From Elsinoe ampelina (taxonomy: Eukaryota): 64,000 bases of DNA. A program made the position numbers and the translations under genes. Numbering within the stretch: the first letter of the stretch is position 1; each line of letters opens with the position of its first letter. The stretch is from assembly GCA_010093995.1 (NCBI GenBank), contig ML992515.1, positions 53,533 to 117,532 of the forward strand, read 5' to 3'. This document shows positions 36,324 to 47,615 of the stretch, one piece after another. Under the pieces are notes generated by a model that saw nothing but the letters and a program-made list of their open reading frames with translations, made no database searches and had not been told where the DNA came from.

Positions 36324-39300
36324 ATGGAACACAATGCGCAACCTCCAGGAGAGCTTGCAGCATCGCAAGACGCCCAATCGACAGCAGCGCTTCAAGCATT
36401 CGAGAAACTGAGCCTCGAGTCGCAAACACCAACAAAGCCCTCGTCGTCCTCTCGACCCTCAACAAGCAATGGCATACCTTCTGGCCAACCCCGTTTCGAC
36501 AGTCCATCGCACAGCAGCATCCTCCGCCGAAGCTCAAGCTCGTTGGCGCAACCAGGATCCCTTCCTTCCCCAGAGCTGCGCAAACGACTATCCGTGACCT
36601 CACTCCGAGGCGCACCTTCACCGTCCTCGCCACGTTTGCCGGCTAGTCGCCGATCGTCAAGCGGCATTCCAGCGCGCCCACTCTCGTCCATGTCCTTTGC
36701 CAGCACCATCGTACCAGAAGAGGCTCCCAAACCAAAGACCGCAGCGACAGTGGGAGCAGAGTACTTCGCGAAAGAGCTAGCAGCGCATGAGGAGGCAGCG
36801 CATAATGCAGAGACAGTGGTGATCATTCACGAGGCATGCTATGGACATCGCTTCTCCCGTCCAAGGACTACCAAGTCGGCGCTTAGTATGATCGTAGAAA
36901 GACCGGAGCGCATCACGGCTGCAGTGCTAGGACTGTCTACAGCGTATGTTAGACTTGGGTCGCGACATAGTGGAGGACTCAACCCGCCCTTGCCTGGCGA
37001 TGCGCCGGCCGTGGCACCTCCTTTTGCGATCAAGAAGTCCTCTCGCGCGGTGGGGCTGCTTTCTCCGCAGGTCACGGCCGTGCATGGGACGGATTGGATG
37101 AGTGAGCTGCAAACCATGTGCCTGGCTGCTGGTGCGAGATTGGCACTGGATGGGAAGGAGCTTTTGAGGCCGCAAAAGATTGATGCGGCTGGTAATTCGG
37201 TACAATCGCAGGCATTCCACGAAGGGGATTTGTACCTGTGCGAGGAGTCTCTCAATGCGCTTCAGGGCGCAGTCGGTGGCGTCTGCGATGCTGTCGACGC
37301 CGTTTTCTCTGCGAATCTTACGAGGCGCGCGTTCGTGGCCGTCCGTCCTCCTGGTCATCACTGCTCGGCCGACTTTCCCTCTGGTTTCTGCTGGCTGAAC
37401 AATGTGCATGTCGGCATCCAACATGCAGCTCAGACACACGGACTGACGCATGCCGTGATCTTGGATTTTGACCTGCACCATGGCGACGGATCGCAGGATA
37501 TCACTTGGGATCTAAACGAAAAGAGCGCAGCCATGCCCAAGAACGCACCGCACAACAAGAAGATTTCAATAGGCTACTACAGCCTACACGACATTAACTC
37601 GTATCCCTGTGAGATGGGCGATAAGGAGAAGGTGCAGAATGCCAGTCTCTGCATCGACAATGCTCATGGACAGAGCATCTGGAATGTTCACCTCGAGCCC
37701 TGGAGGACCGAGGAAGAGTTCTCGAGCTTGTATGAAAGGAAGTACCGAGTCATTCTTGACAAGGCGCGATCCTTCTTACAGAAGCAGACTGCTAAGATCA
37801 GAGCTGTACCGAAAGGAGGAAAGCCTAAGGCGGCTGTCTTCATTTCGGCAGGATTCGACGCAAGTCAGTGGGAAGGTGCCGGCATGCAGAGACACGCTGT
37901 CAACGTACCGACGAGCTTCTACGAGCGTTTCACAAGAGATGCTGTGCAGCTGGCACAAGATTTGAGCACTGCCGCAGAAGGCAGGGTCATCTCTGTACTG
38001 GAAGGAGGATACAGCGATCGTGCTCTCACGAGTGGCGTACTCAGTCATGTGACCGGACTGAGCCAGATGGAAGCGAAGATGACGAATGGAGTTGCGACCA
38101 AGGATGAAGTCGTGGACCACGCGATGGAAAGTGACATGCGTCAGCCCGTCCAGACGTCAGATCCGAAGTGGTGGGCAGCTGACACCCTCACTGCACTGGA
38201 AAACTACCACGTCGTAGAAGTGGCAGCTCTAAAGAAGCCTGCGAGGGGCTTCGTTCCGACATTTGCAAGTCCTACAGAGTCCTTCTCACAAAAGGTCGTG
38301 GATCCCGAGAAGTTTTACCGATCAATGTCAGGGACCATGCGGCCACTGCCTGAGCCCCCGGTTGACCTCATCGTACCGACAGTTGACTGGATCGCTGCAT
38401 CTCACTCACTGTGCAAACTCCTGGTACCAACGCATCGCACGACTACAAGCTGCCGACCTGAGGAGCTTGCTGCGCCAAAAATCAAGAAGCAGAGGCAATC
38501 ACTAGGTCCAGTGGCAGCTGTGGACCCCACAGCAAATGGGCGACAGCTCCGCGACAGAAAAGCTAAGCCGGCTGAGAATGGCACACGATCTTCTGAAGAA
38601 GACGCGAAGCAAAGACTCAATCGTAGGAAGACCATTGCAGACGTGCCCTTAGTCGATCAGTCATCGGAGTTGACCCGACCGAAGCGTACTAGTCGGCGCT
38701 CGAGCGCGGCTTCTGGATTTGACCTCCTTCCACAGCAGGACACCGTGCCTGACGTTCCAACTATCCCAGCTAGCTTTGCACAGCAGCAGGAGAAGTCGGC
38801 GCCAAAGCAGACGGCAGCGAAAGGGAGAAAGAAGTCTCCTGCGAAGGGCAAAGCTACCGCAGCGCCACTAGCGCCACCAGCTGCACTAATCCCAGGATCG
38901 ACTGCAGCTATGCAGCAACCTATTGATGTTGAGCCTACCGAGCAGCACTCCGTCGAACAGTCTTCCTTGAAATCTGTCCCTGACTCGCAACCCGCTGAAG
39001 CCTTTGCTCCACCAGCACTCACAACGGAGTCATCTCAGGCTTCCTTCACCACTGCGCCCTCCTCTGTTCCCGCCTCGTCAGCCGCATCAGTCACTTCCTC
39101 CGATCCCATGGACAATCTTACATCCGGCATTAAGCGGATAACTCTGAAGCTGCCTACGAGAGAAGAACACGACCGCCGCGTCGCCGCGCACCTCGCGGCT
39201 TATGCGGAGACCGAAGGCGTCCAGAAAGCCAAGGCGACCAGCAATCGAAAAGCAACCGACATAGCCGAGGAAGCCGCGAAAGACGCAAGGAGACGCCCGC

Positions 39301-40094
39301 GGAAGCTCGCTGCCAAGGCGAAGAAGTTTGAGGCCGAAGGTGACAAGCCGATTGTCCCACCTGACGTTGCTGGGCTGGGCAAGGCGGAGGAGGAACGGGG
39401 GTTGCAGACATTTCGACCTGCAGGAGTGGCAAACGGGATTGTCAGGGGCGAAAGGAGTGGAAGCAGGGTGCGGCGAGGCGGGAGTGAGGAGCCAAAACCG
39501 GTAGAGGTAAAGACAGGTGTGCAAGCACAGCAGGCGGTGGAGGACGTGGGCATCGGGGCGCCAATTGCTGGGGCTATAGCGAGGGATGTAGCTGCTGCCC
39601 AGGCCCAGCCTGCCCCAAGGTCTATATCACGGAGAGAAGAATCGACCGCGCCAGTCCAGCCTACCTCAGAACAGGAATCTAGGTCAACCTCAGAGGGTCT
39701 CAACCAGGCTCTGCCATCAGCACGCCCATCTACACCTCCACTGCTTGCGAGCACCTTTACGCCTCCACCAGCCGCCCTCCCTTTGCACGAAGAAGCACGC
39801 GACCAGAACTCAACACCCAAGCCATTTCTACCAGGTCAGCCACGAGGCAAACTCCCCGTCTTCTCAAGCACGGGCACGATCCCGTTCGGTGCCGGTCCAG
39901 CCGCCGCCACAGCCCCGGACACGGTCATGGGACTTGTGCCTGGCAGCGGATGGGATGGGAATGGAGTGTCGAGATCGATGCTTGGGGATGACGAGAGAAG
40001 TGTGACGCCGAATGCGGATGGGAACGGGAATGGAAGGAAGATGGAGGAGAGGGATATCTGGGAGGTGCCTGAGACGCCGGATGTCAGGAGGTAG
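36324..40094 (+). CDS. HOS3: Histone deacetylase Hos3-like; intronless
   Basis: CYGHRFSR, IVERPER, GDLYLC, RPPGHH, GFCWLNNV, ILDFDLHHGDGSQ, SAGFDAS and VLEGGYSDRAL motifs, then a long disordered tail ending IWEVPETP. Confidence 0.93.
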   Translation: MEHNAQPPGELAASQDAQSTAALQAFEKLSLESQTPTKPSSSSRPSTSNGIPSGQPRFDSPSHSSILRRSSSSLAQPGSLPSPELRKRLSVTSLRGAPSPSSPRLPASRRSSSGIPARPLSSMSFASTIVPEEAPKPKTAATVGAEYFAKELAAHEEAAHNAETVVIIHEACYGHRFSRPRTTKSALSMIVERPERITAAVLGLSTAYVRLGSRHSGGLNPPLPGDAPAVAPPFAIKKSSRAVGLLSPQVTAVHGTDWMSELQTMCLAAGARLALDGKELLRPQKIDAAGNSVQSQAFHEGDLYLCEESLNALQGAVGGVCDAVDAVFSANLTRRAFVAVRPPGHHCSADFPSGFCWLNNVHVGIQHAAQTHGLTHAVILDFDLHHGDGSQDITWDLNEKSAAMPKNAPHNKKISIGYYSLHDINSYPCEMGDKEKVQNASLCIDNAHGQSIWNVHLEPWRTEEEFSSLYERKYRVILDKARSFLQKQTAKIRAVPKGGKPKAAVFISAGFDASQWEGAGMQRHAVNVPTSFYERFTRDAVQLAQDLSTAAEGRVISVLEGGYSDRALTSGVLSHVTGLSQMEAKMTNGVATKDEVVDHAMESDMRQPVQTSDPKWWAADTLTALENYHVVEVAALKKPARGFVPTFASPTESFSQKVVDPEKFYRSMSGTMRPLPEPPVDLIVPTVDWIAASHSLCKLLVPTHRTTTSCRPEELAAPKIKKQRQSLGPVAAVDPTANGRQLRDRKAKPAENGTRSSEEDAKQRLNRRKTIADVPLVDQSSELTRPKRTSRRSSAASGFDLLPQQDTVPDVPTIPASFAQQQEKSAPKQTAAKGRKKSPAKGKATAAPLAPPAALIPGSTAAMQQPIDVEPTEQHSVEQSSLKSVPDSQPAEAFAPPALTTESSQASFTTAPSSVPASSAASVTSSDPMDNLTSGIKRITLKLPTREEHDRRVAAHLAAYAETEGVQKAKATSNRKATDIAEEAAKDARRRPRKLAAKAKKFEAEGDKPIVPPDVAGLGKAEEERGLQTFRPAGVANGIVRGERSGSRVRRGGSEEPKPVEVKTGVQAQQAVEDVGIGAPIAGAIARDVAAAQAQPAPRSISRREESTAPVQPTSEQESRSTSEGLNQALPSARPSTPPLLASTFTPPPAALPLHEEARDQNSTPKPFLPGQPRGKLPVFSSTGTIPFGAGPAAATAPDTVMGLVPGSGWDGNGVSRSMLGDDERSVTPNADGNGNGRKMEERDIWEVPETPDVRR

Positions 40095-40610
40095 ATCTGT
40101 TGATGGCAGAAGGCAGGGAGATCTCGATGATGAAGATACTCTGGTGGGCCTAAGAAAGTAGGGGGAGGTGGCGGACTGGGGTTGAGAGGTTTGGACACGG
40201 GCATACAGGATGTGTCGTCGGGATACAGGGGTGGTTTATTTGGTACTATGTTTGTAGAGATACCCTTTTCTTTATCTAGTTGGACTGAATGGGCGGTTGG
40301 GCAATCGTGGTGGGCGGAATGAAGCGGCTGGTTCCCGATCAACTAGATCACTCGTCGTTTGGACAATGATGAAATATTCGTTGTATATTGAAGTAGATAT
40401 GAATGCTGTCGGGAATTTCCGGTGCTCCGTAACTTCGTTGCGCAACGCCAAGTATCGAGGTCATTACTCCGACTTCTTGAGCTTCAGCCTGTCTCGAGCA
40501 GCAGTCTAGCATTCTCGACCTCCGATTATTCCCACGATCTCTCACGCCGACGGATCGCACCGCAACATAGCCGACGAACCGATTTAAGAAGACTCTGACA
40601 TTCAGCCACC

Positions 40611-41644
40611 ATGGCGAACGGGTAAGCAGTCTCCGTCCCAAAATCTCCACCTCCGTTGGGACGCCGCCTCCACGATTGCGCAGAGCTAGGACAGACCTCG
40701 AGCAGAGCGAACAACGATTCATTCTTCAAAACTCGCAAAGGAGCGTGACCAATCGGCGCACCTACCTGGACCCGACAAATCGAAGCCCACGGGACCACTA
40801 TCGCGACAACGCCTCACCCAGCAACCCGGCGCGGACACACGATATCAGCACGGCACATAGACGCAGCTGCCTTGCCCTCATTGCCAAAACGGCAGAATCA
40901 CTCGGCGCACCCGACTCGGAAGAAGCGATTTCATCAGGCGCACAAAGAAACAGCAAGACCAATGGCTGACAAGCACAGGTGGTCTGTCATCATCGGGTTC
41001 ATATTCGTGGCGGCCTTTTCGCTGCTCAGCTGGTTCGCGGCGCCAAAGGGGGAGAATCAGACGTGAGTCCATCCTGTTCTTTCCCGCATACCTTCACTGG
41101 ATGGTGGAGTCATGAGGAAGAGGGGGGGTTCGTCAAAGGGAGGAGGCGGGCTGGCTGGTCCGAGCTATATGCTCGTGGGCGAGGCGATGTGACACAGCTC
41201 ATGGCCCCCCAGCGGCGGTGTGGTGTCTATCTGGGTGCCGTGGACTAGCCAGCGACATGGGCAGAGGCTGCCGAGCCCGCTTACCACTTCGACCAACCAG
41301 AAAGAATGAGCAAAGAGACGAAGATGGGCCCCATGCTTGATCACGTCAATACATATCGAAGCCTTAACTGACATCTCTCTCAGAATCTGGCGATCCTCCC
41401 TTATTCTCTCGGCAGCGTTCTGCTATCTGATGTGGTGTAAGTCTTCACTCCCTCGTCTGACCTCGACTCCTCTCGGACTTCTCTTCTCTGAAACCCCCCC
41501 GATTACAACCCAGCATCTCTCTTCTTTCATGGTTGACTAACAAACGGCAAAGTCATCACTTTCATGGCACAACTGCATCCTCTTGTCGTGCCAGAGCGAA
41601 GCGATCTCAGGCCGGAGTTCTGGAAGGTGGAGCCGCCGAAGTAG
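40611..41644 (+). CDS. VMA9: V-type H+-ATPase V0 subunit e; exons 40611-40621, 40979-41062, 41384-41436, 41553-41644 (79 aa)
   Basis: MANG|WSVIIG...PKGENQT|IWRSSLILS..CYLMW|FITFMAQLHPLVVPERSDLRPE. Introns 40622-40978, 41063-41383 and 41437-41552 have canonical donors and branch points. Confidence 0.92.
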
Positions 41645-42004
41645 TATTTCCAGGCAGAAGTGTGGAGAGGTTGGTAGGAGACATGGGAGGTAAAGGAAGA
41701 AGGATCAATGCAGGGGATGACTTTGTAGCATAGCATGGATGGCGTAATTGACTTTTCACCAAATACTGAATCCTATGGGTGCTCTATGCGCGTTGGCCCG
41801 ACATATGCTTCGTGACTTGATACAGACAGCAGCAAGTGTCGCCTCCAGGCCAAATCATGCGTGGCAATGGAGATCCTTTCAATCCCAGACACTGGCCGTG
41901 CAGAGAACCAAGATCGAGCAGCAGTATACTTCAAACGACGCCCCATCAGTGACATCTCCTACCTCCAACCCAAGCCTCCCCAATTGCCCCATCACTCAAT
42001 CCCT

Positions 42005-43140
42005 CTACCCACCCCCTCTCACCCACCCCACCCCCCTCCTCCACCCCTCAATCAAATCCCCCGTCTCCACCACCCCCGCCGCCGCCACACCCCCCTCCAC
42101 CCCAACAGCACTCAACACCCCCCACCCGACCAACCCCCTCGCCACGGCGCCCACGGCCGCCAACCCCACGGCCCTGCCCAACCCGCAGTCGAGCAGGATA
42201 TTCAGGGCGGCGACATTGTTGACGATGACGGCCCAGCTGACGGCCGAGGCGGACGAGGGGAGGTCGTAGGACCAGATGAGGAGGAGGAGGGGGAAGAGTT
42301 TCGTGAAGGAACTGACTAGCAGCAATGTGGAGATTGTGGAGGGGTGGGGGTAGTATGGGATCCAGGGCTTTTTCTTTGGTGGCGGGGGTGAGGAGCCGGC
42401 CGGGGAGGGGGGGAAGTGAGGGCCTGTTGGGGGAGGGGAGGGATGAGAGGTGGTGGTGGTGGTTGGTTCAGGAGGTGGGAAAGCCGAGAGTAGCCAGCGG
42501 ATTGGAAAGTGGAAGGCGGCGGTTTCGGAGAAGCAGAGGGTGAGGAAGAAGAGGTATTGGAGGATGATGGGTTGGGAGGCGAGGAAGGCTGAGAAGGGAG
42601 GGGAGGGATCCGAGGGGAAAGAGGTGTTGGTGGAGGGTGAGAGGGTTTGGTTGGTGAGGTTGGATGGGGTGAGGGGTGGGGAGAGAGGTTGTGGGAGTGA
42701 GGAGCTGGAAGGGGACGTGGCCTTTTCGATGCGTGCCCAAGTAAGGTAGACGTCGAAGAGGAGGAGGAGGGTGCCGAGTCTGATGATGGAGGGCTGGGAT
42801 GGGTTAGTGTGGGAGGTGAGAGAAGGGGACAGGGGAGGTGTACGTCGAAGCGTCCGTCTTCGTGGCCGATACGGTTGAAGAGGAGGTGGCGGTAGACCTG
42901 GACGGGTATCAGAGCGAGCATACGCGATGGAGCTGGGGACCAATGGCATACTTGCGGCTTTATTAGAACCAAATCGATGAAAATCACGACATAATCATGC
43001 TCGACGTATTTGTCTGCGAATCTCTTGCAGCGCGGGCACTGGGTGAGGCGGACACCTTTTCCCAGAGTTCTGTCATCAGCCTTGCTATATGTCGTGTAGA
43101 GCGTGGCGATCTTATAGCCGCATTCGATGCAAATGGGCAT
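42005..43140 (-). CDS. ARV1: Arv1 sterol/GPI homeostasis ER protein; exons 43140-42952, 42897-42844, 42793-42005
   Basis: MPICIEC...LTQCPRCKRFADKYVEHDYVVIFIDLVLIKPQ|VYRHLLFN zinc-binding AHD domain, then RLGTLLLLFDVYLTW. Confidence 0.94.
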
Positions 43141-43744
43141 GATTGCCAGTCATGTCTCGCCAGAATGAATATGGTGAAGTGATGATGGTGAGTTGTGGCG
43201 TTTGAGGTAGAAGTCAAAGTCCAGTTGCTCAACATCAACAAACGCCTACACCAACCAAGGATGTCAAAACTGGGATACTAATTATTGAGAGTCCCATTGT
43301 CTCATAAACACGCAGCAATAACGATCATGCACCTCGAGCGATCCACATGTCACTCTTGCATCTCTCACTCGATACCAGCACGGGTCAGGATCAGAAGGTA
43401 ACACAACATTCAGCAATCATGTTTCTCGTTACTACAAGCTTGTTATGTCCTATTCAGAAAGCCCATGGTGTGGAATGCTCGGTGCCATCCTCCCATCTGT
43501 CGCTCGTTAAAGCCATGCCAGCTAGCCTCGAAATGCAGAACCATGACCCAGATGTTGATACAATTCCCCACCGAGTGCAATCCCCCCATTTCCCAAGTCC
43601 TCCCTCACTCATGACAGTGTAGCCATCATGGCAGCCACAAACTTTGGATTTGGCTTCTTGTCTGCGAAAGAGTCAGCCTTCTCTTCTACTTTACTCATGC
43701 CGATCAAAGGTCTAGCTCCACGCAAGAGACGCACCAGAGCCACA

Positions 43745-45253
43745 TTAATTCTTGGATCGAACGAGGGCCATCCTACCTCTCCTGTCCTTTTCGATGCGGA
43801 CGACATTGCGTGGTGGACTGCGATCCCTCTCCAGATACTCGTACCGAACTTCAGACTTTGCTCGGCGGCGTGGTGAATATTCCACCACCTGGTAGTTGTC
43901 GACGGGTTGGCGGACCACAAGTTCGTTTCCATAGCGTCCTCCTCTCTCGATCCGCACAAGCTCGCGTTCGAGCTCGAGTCGCTTGATCTCCGATTCAATG
44001 TCGGCATGAGTCCGTTCAGTGCGCTCAGTGATTTGAAGCGCCATTGGTTGAAGCGGTGGCGGAGGTGGTGGAGGTGCAACTTGCACTAGAGGTGGAGGTG
44101 ATTGCTGATAGATGATTTGAGGAGGAGGTGGAGGTATTTGTTCTTGGATGACGACCTTTGTTTCCTGCCTGGGTGGAGGCGGAGGTGATGGAGCGCGGAC
44201 TGTTCGCTGAGACCTTGCTGGGCTCGCGCCTCTGACAGATGGAGGATTGATCCACTCGGTGCGTATTGACTCGTAGTGATCTCTGTTCTCGGCTAACCGG
44301 CCATCGCTCTCAAATGTGTAAGTCTTGACTTCTGGGATAATGTTAGCAAACTGATCTTAGGTGCACTGAACGGGTGCCATACTCGTCTCCTTGGACTCCT
44401 TTGACCATGCCAGAATTGTATCTATCGACTGTTTGTCCAAAGCGCGGTGAATTTTGTAAAAGTCGCCCTCGTCGTCATATGGGACACCAAATCGGGTAAC
44501 GGCCGACTTTGCGAATTTGGCCTTTGGCAACTTGGTGTGACCCTTCTTGCCAGGAAGTCGTACAGGACTTGGAGATGTGGTACGGCTGCTAGATGAGTCG
44601 CTCGTCCGAGTAGTCGATGTGCGGCTCGATGCTACCGATTTGACATCACTCTTGGCCCTGCCTCGTGACTTGCGAATCTCCCTCTCGCGGTAGATCTCGA
44701 CATCGCGGTGCTCGAGGGGTGTGTCTTGGTGATAGTGGATGTCTTCTCGATATTCTTCCAGGCGTCGTGGTGGAGGCTCTCGGCGAATGGGCTCGAGGGC
44801 GCCTCTGTAGTCTTCACGGTCATAATGACGGTGTGGTCGACGGTCAAAGGTGTCCAGACTGCTCTGCCGTCTAAGCAAACCAGGACGGGCTGGTGGTGGT
44901 GCAGTTTCTCTGCGACGTTCAATGTCGATAATGACGTCTCGTTCCACCTCTTCTTTGCGCCTGTAGGGTAGCAACGCTCTGTCGTTTGCTTCACGAGCAT
45001 AGTCATCTTCGTAGATCTCTCGTCGCACTCTTGACGAGAAGCGCTGTGGTGGTGCCGGGTCGTAATCTCTTTCGTATCTACCCCTCCTGTCGTCGATGAC
45101 ATCTACGCGGGCGGGACGTTGTTCCCTCTCCCGTTCTTGTACCCGGACTCGTTCGAAACGCTCGCGATCCCATCTGTTTGATGATGGTGAATAGTCTGCG
45201 CCGTACGCCAGGTCGGCATCGAGGTCATTTGTCGACCTCCGGTATCGTGACAT
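43745..45253 (-). CDS. Conserved Pezizomycotina Arg/Glu/Asp-rich disordered protein; exons 45253-44383, 44331-43745 (485 aa)
   Basis: Intron 44332-44382 (GTATGG..GCTAAC..CAG) links ORFs in frame. Motifs RPGLLRRQSSLDTFDRRP, KKGHTKLP and C-terminal VRIEKDRRGRMALV. Confidence 0.83.
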
Positions 45254-46238
45254 GGTGGATGCTGCAAGGTGAGAGGGTGAGAATGAAGTTGCTGGGTGTG
45301 AGAATGCAGTCTTGAAGACCAAGAGGGGAAGGCGTGCAGAGGCAGTCGGCGGTCGGGTAGGGCGAAGTGGTGCGCTGTCAAGCGGCTAGCCGTCACAAGG
45401 ACGAAGAGGTGAATCTGATGGGCAGAGGGTATAGAATTTGAGGACGAGAAGAGTAGAGGGTCAAAAACACTACGTAGATTGCGATGACCCTTTCCAAGCC
45501 ACCGGATATCGAACAAATGTCAAGTGTCGAATAGTCGTCGAATGTTTCGAGGCTGTCAGATGCCCAAAATGCGGCCCGTGCTCGGGACTCCCTGCCACTT
45601 ACTTTGCTTGTGCTTCCACCAGAAACTTGGTTCGCTCGACCTGACCCAGTGACGCAATGCCTCGTCTCTCGACAGGAACAGGAAAGGTATCGAGAGGTTG
45701 GGCATCACTCGGACATGGACAAGTGTTTCATATTTTGGGGCTCTCAGCATGAACATTGCAAGGCAGGGGGTCTGTCTCCCATGACGCATGTATCGCAGAC
45801 AAGATTCATGTTGACCAGAATGGTGGATCGTCGACACGTGCCCCACCATGCACAACAAAAGAAAAAGCCACTTTAGCCGCATGCCAGTACAGATACAAAA
45901 TCATTCACGCTCGTCCGCCTGTGAACCATCCCTTACCCAGATCGTCATGTCGTCTCATACTCTAGATCATCTACTGGACGCGCGGATCAGGCGGAACGTT
46001 CCTGCCAAAAAGCGCCCTGTCGTCAAGGACGTGATGCATAGGTGCACTTGGACAAAAGTTGGACCTTGCTTTTCCGTGCGTGAGCGTGGGTGTTCAATAG
46101 TCGGTGAGAGAAGCTACCACGGGAAGTTGCCAAACCACGCGCGCACCTTCTCCTAGTTCCGCTAGTTCAACCAAACATTCTTTGCCCGTCATCGTTCCAC
46201 TGCAGTCTCTTTTCATCCGAACCATCAGCTGCGCAAAA

Positions 46239-46991
46239 ATGCCGCCCAAATTCACTGATCGGCTCATGTCCCTGGATCCACAGGGGTTCAAGGCCGCTAC
46301 TCAGCATCCCTGGTTACGCCTGATAGGACAAGGCAAGCTACCACAAGATGCACAGCTGCAGTGGTTACAGCAAGACCGCATTTATGCACTCAGCTACGTA
46401 GCTTTTGTTGCCAGTCTGCTCGCCAAAGTGTCCATTCCAACCACATCAGAGAGGCTCACCACGCTGGAATGGCGCATAGCAGATATGCTCATCGAGGCTC
46501 TCGACAACATCAGGAGAGAGCTAGGCATGTTTGAGAGCATCCTCAAGAAGCACTTTGACTGGGGCATGACCCAGGAAACACCAAAGGCCTCAACCACCAC
46601 CAGGATATACCAACAGCTCTTCGCTGCCGCCACTACCTCAAATGCACCTCTCGTCATCGGTCTAGCTGCCCTCTGGGGGACCGAGAGATGTTATCTGGAG
46701 TCGTGGCGATTCGCTAAACAACAGACTTCAGCCTCCACAAGCCCAAAGACTGGCTACGATGTCGTCGGGCAAGTCCTCATCCCCAACTGGACCAGCACAG
46801 AATTTGAGTCTTTTGTCAACGACATTGGCTCTCTACTAGACGAGCTGGTAGCCAGCAGTTCCACAACAGAAGAGGACATCGGCAGATGCGAGGAGATGTG
46901 GAGGCAGGTATTGTGGTGCGAAGAACGCTTCTGGCCAGAGGTCAAGCTTCCAGAAGAGGGAGCAGCGTCAGAGCAAAGAACCAACCAGTGA
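46239..46991 (+). CDS. TenA/THI-4/PQQC (heme-oxygenase-like fold) protein
   Basis: ATQHPWL...G.L, WLQQDRIY, L.NIRREL..F, LWGTERCYL.SW, PNWTS.EF and E.RFW motifs. Confidence 0.88.
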   Translation: MPPKFTDRLMSLDPQGFKAATQHPWLRLIGQGKLPQDAQLQWLQQDRIYALSYVAFVASLLAKVSIPTTSERLTTLEWRIADMLIEALDNIRRELGMFESILKKHFDWGMTQETPKASTTTRIYQQLFAAATTSNAPLVIGLAALWGTERCYLESWRFAKQQTSASTSPKTGYDVVGQVLIPNWTSTEFESFVNDIGSLLDELVASSSTTEEDIGRCEEMWRQVLWCEERFWPEVKLPEEGAASEQRTNQ

Positions 46992-47615
46992 ACGACAGTC
47001 CTTCGCCTATACAAGTCAGCTCGGGCTGGTGACGACCAAAGCATATCGATTGTACACTATGGTTATGGGCATGTATCAACAACAAGCATGGTTCTGGCCG
47101 TTGGACCGAGGATCCACATTCTTCTCCACTTGCGGCTCTGTGTAGTGCATCTTTTTCCGATCCTCCAAGGGGCGTCAGCAGATCACCAAGATCCAGTCGA
47201 TCCGAATCTTCTGCTGATCAATTCGGACGGGGTGCTGAACTTAAGGCTGGTGTTGCTCGAGCTTGTCAGGAGACAACACCGACGGCTAATGATTTGACGA
47301 GCACGAGATTTGCTTGGGGGCCGAGCCTCGGTAGTAGGCAGTTTACACGTCTATTCGTTCAATACATGTCTACCGTCGTCACATGTCTTTTTCGTCTCTA
47401 TCTTCCCCTGCAACTCTTGTACCTTTATCCAGCATTTGTAGAAGCTCCCATTGTATTGTTTGTCCATATCCATTCGTCCTCGTCGGCTTTTGCCCGCCCG
47501 CCCGTCTGCCCGCCAAGCTCAGACCCCCGCCGGCCGAAAATAGCAGTCACGCCTTGCCCATACAGCGGCCAGCCTATAGCTTTCCCCGGATTATATCCTC
47601 TTGTTTCCTCTCAAC

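Noticed and set aside
40622..41383. Box C/D snoRNAs inside the long VMA9 introns
   Set aside because: No convincing RTGATGA...CTGA pair with terminal stem was seen; H/ACA RNAs cannot be excluded by eye.
42898..42951. Stop-free in-frame 54-nt ARV1 intron as a coding insertion
   Set aside because: It interrupts the conserved KPQVYRHLLFN motif and has GT-AG ends, so ordinary splicing is the simpler reading.
45650..46238. Possible TPP riboswitch upstream of the TenA-family gene
   Set aside because: No CTGAGA and GATCTGGATAATACCAGCG-like aptamer core found by eye.
47088..47297. 69-aa ORF between TenA and AAT
   Set aside because: No motif, and the opposite frame has stops. No evidence for a gene.
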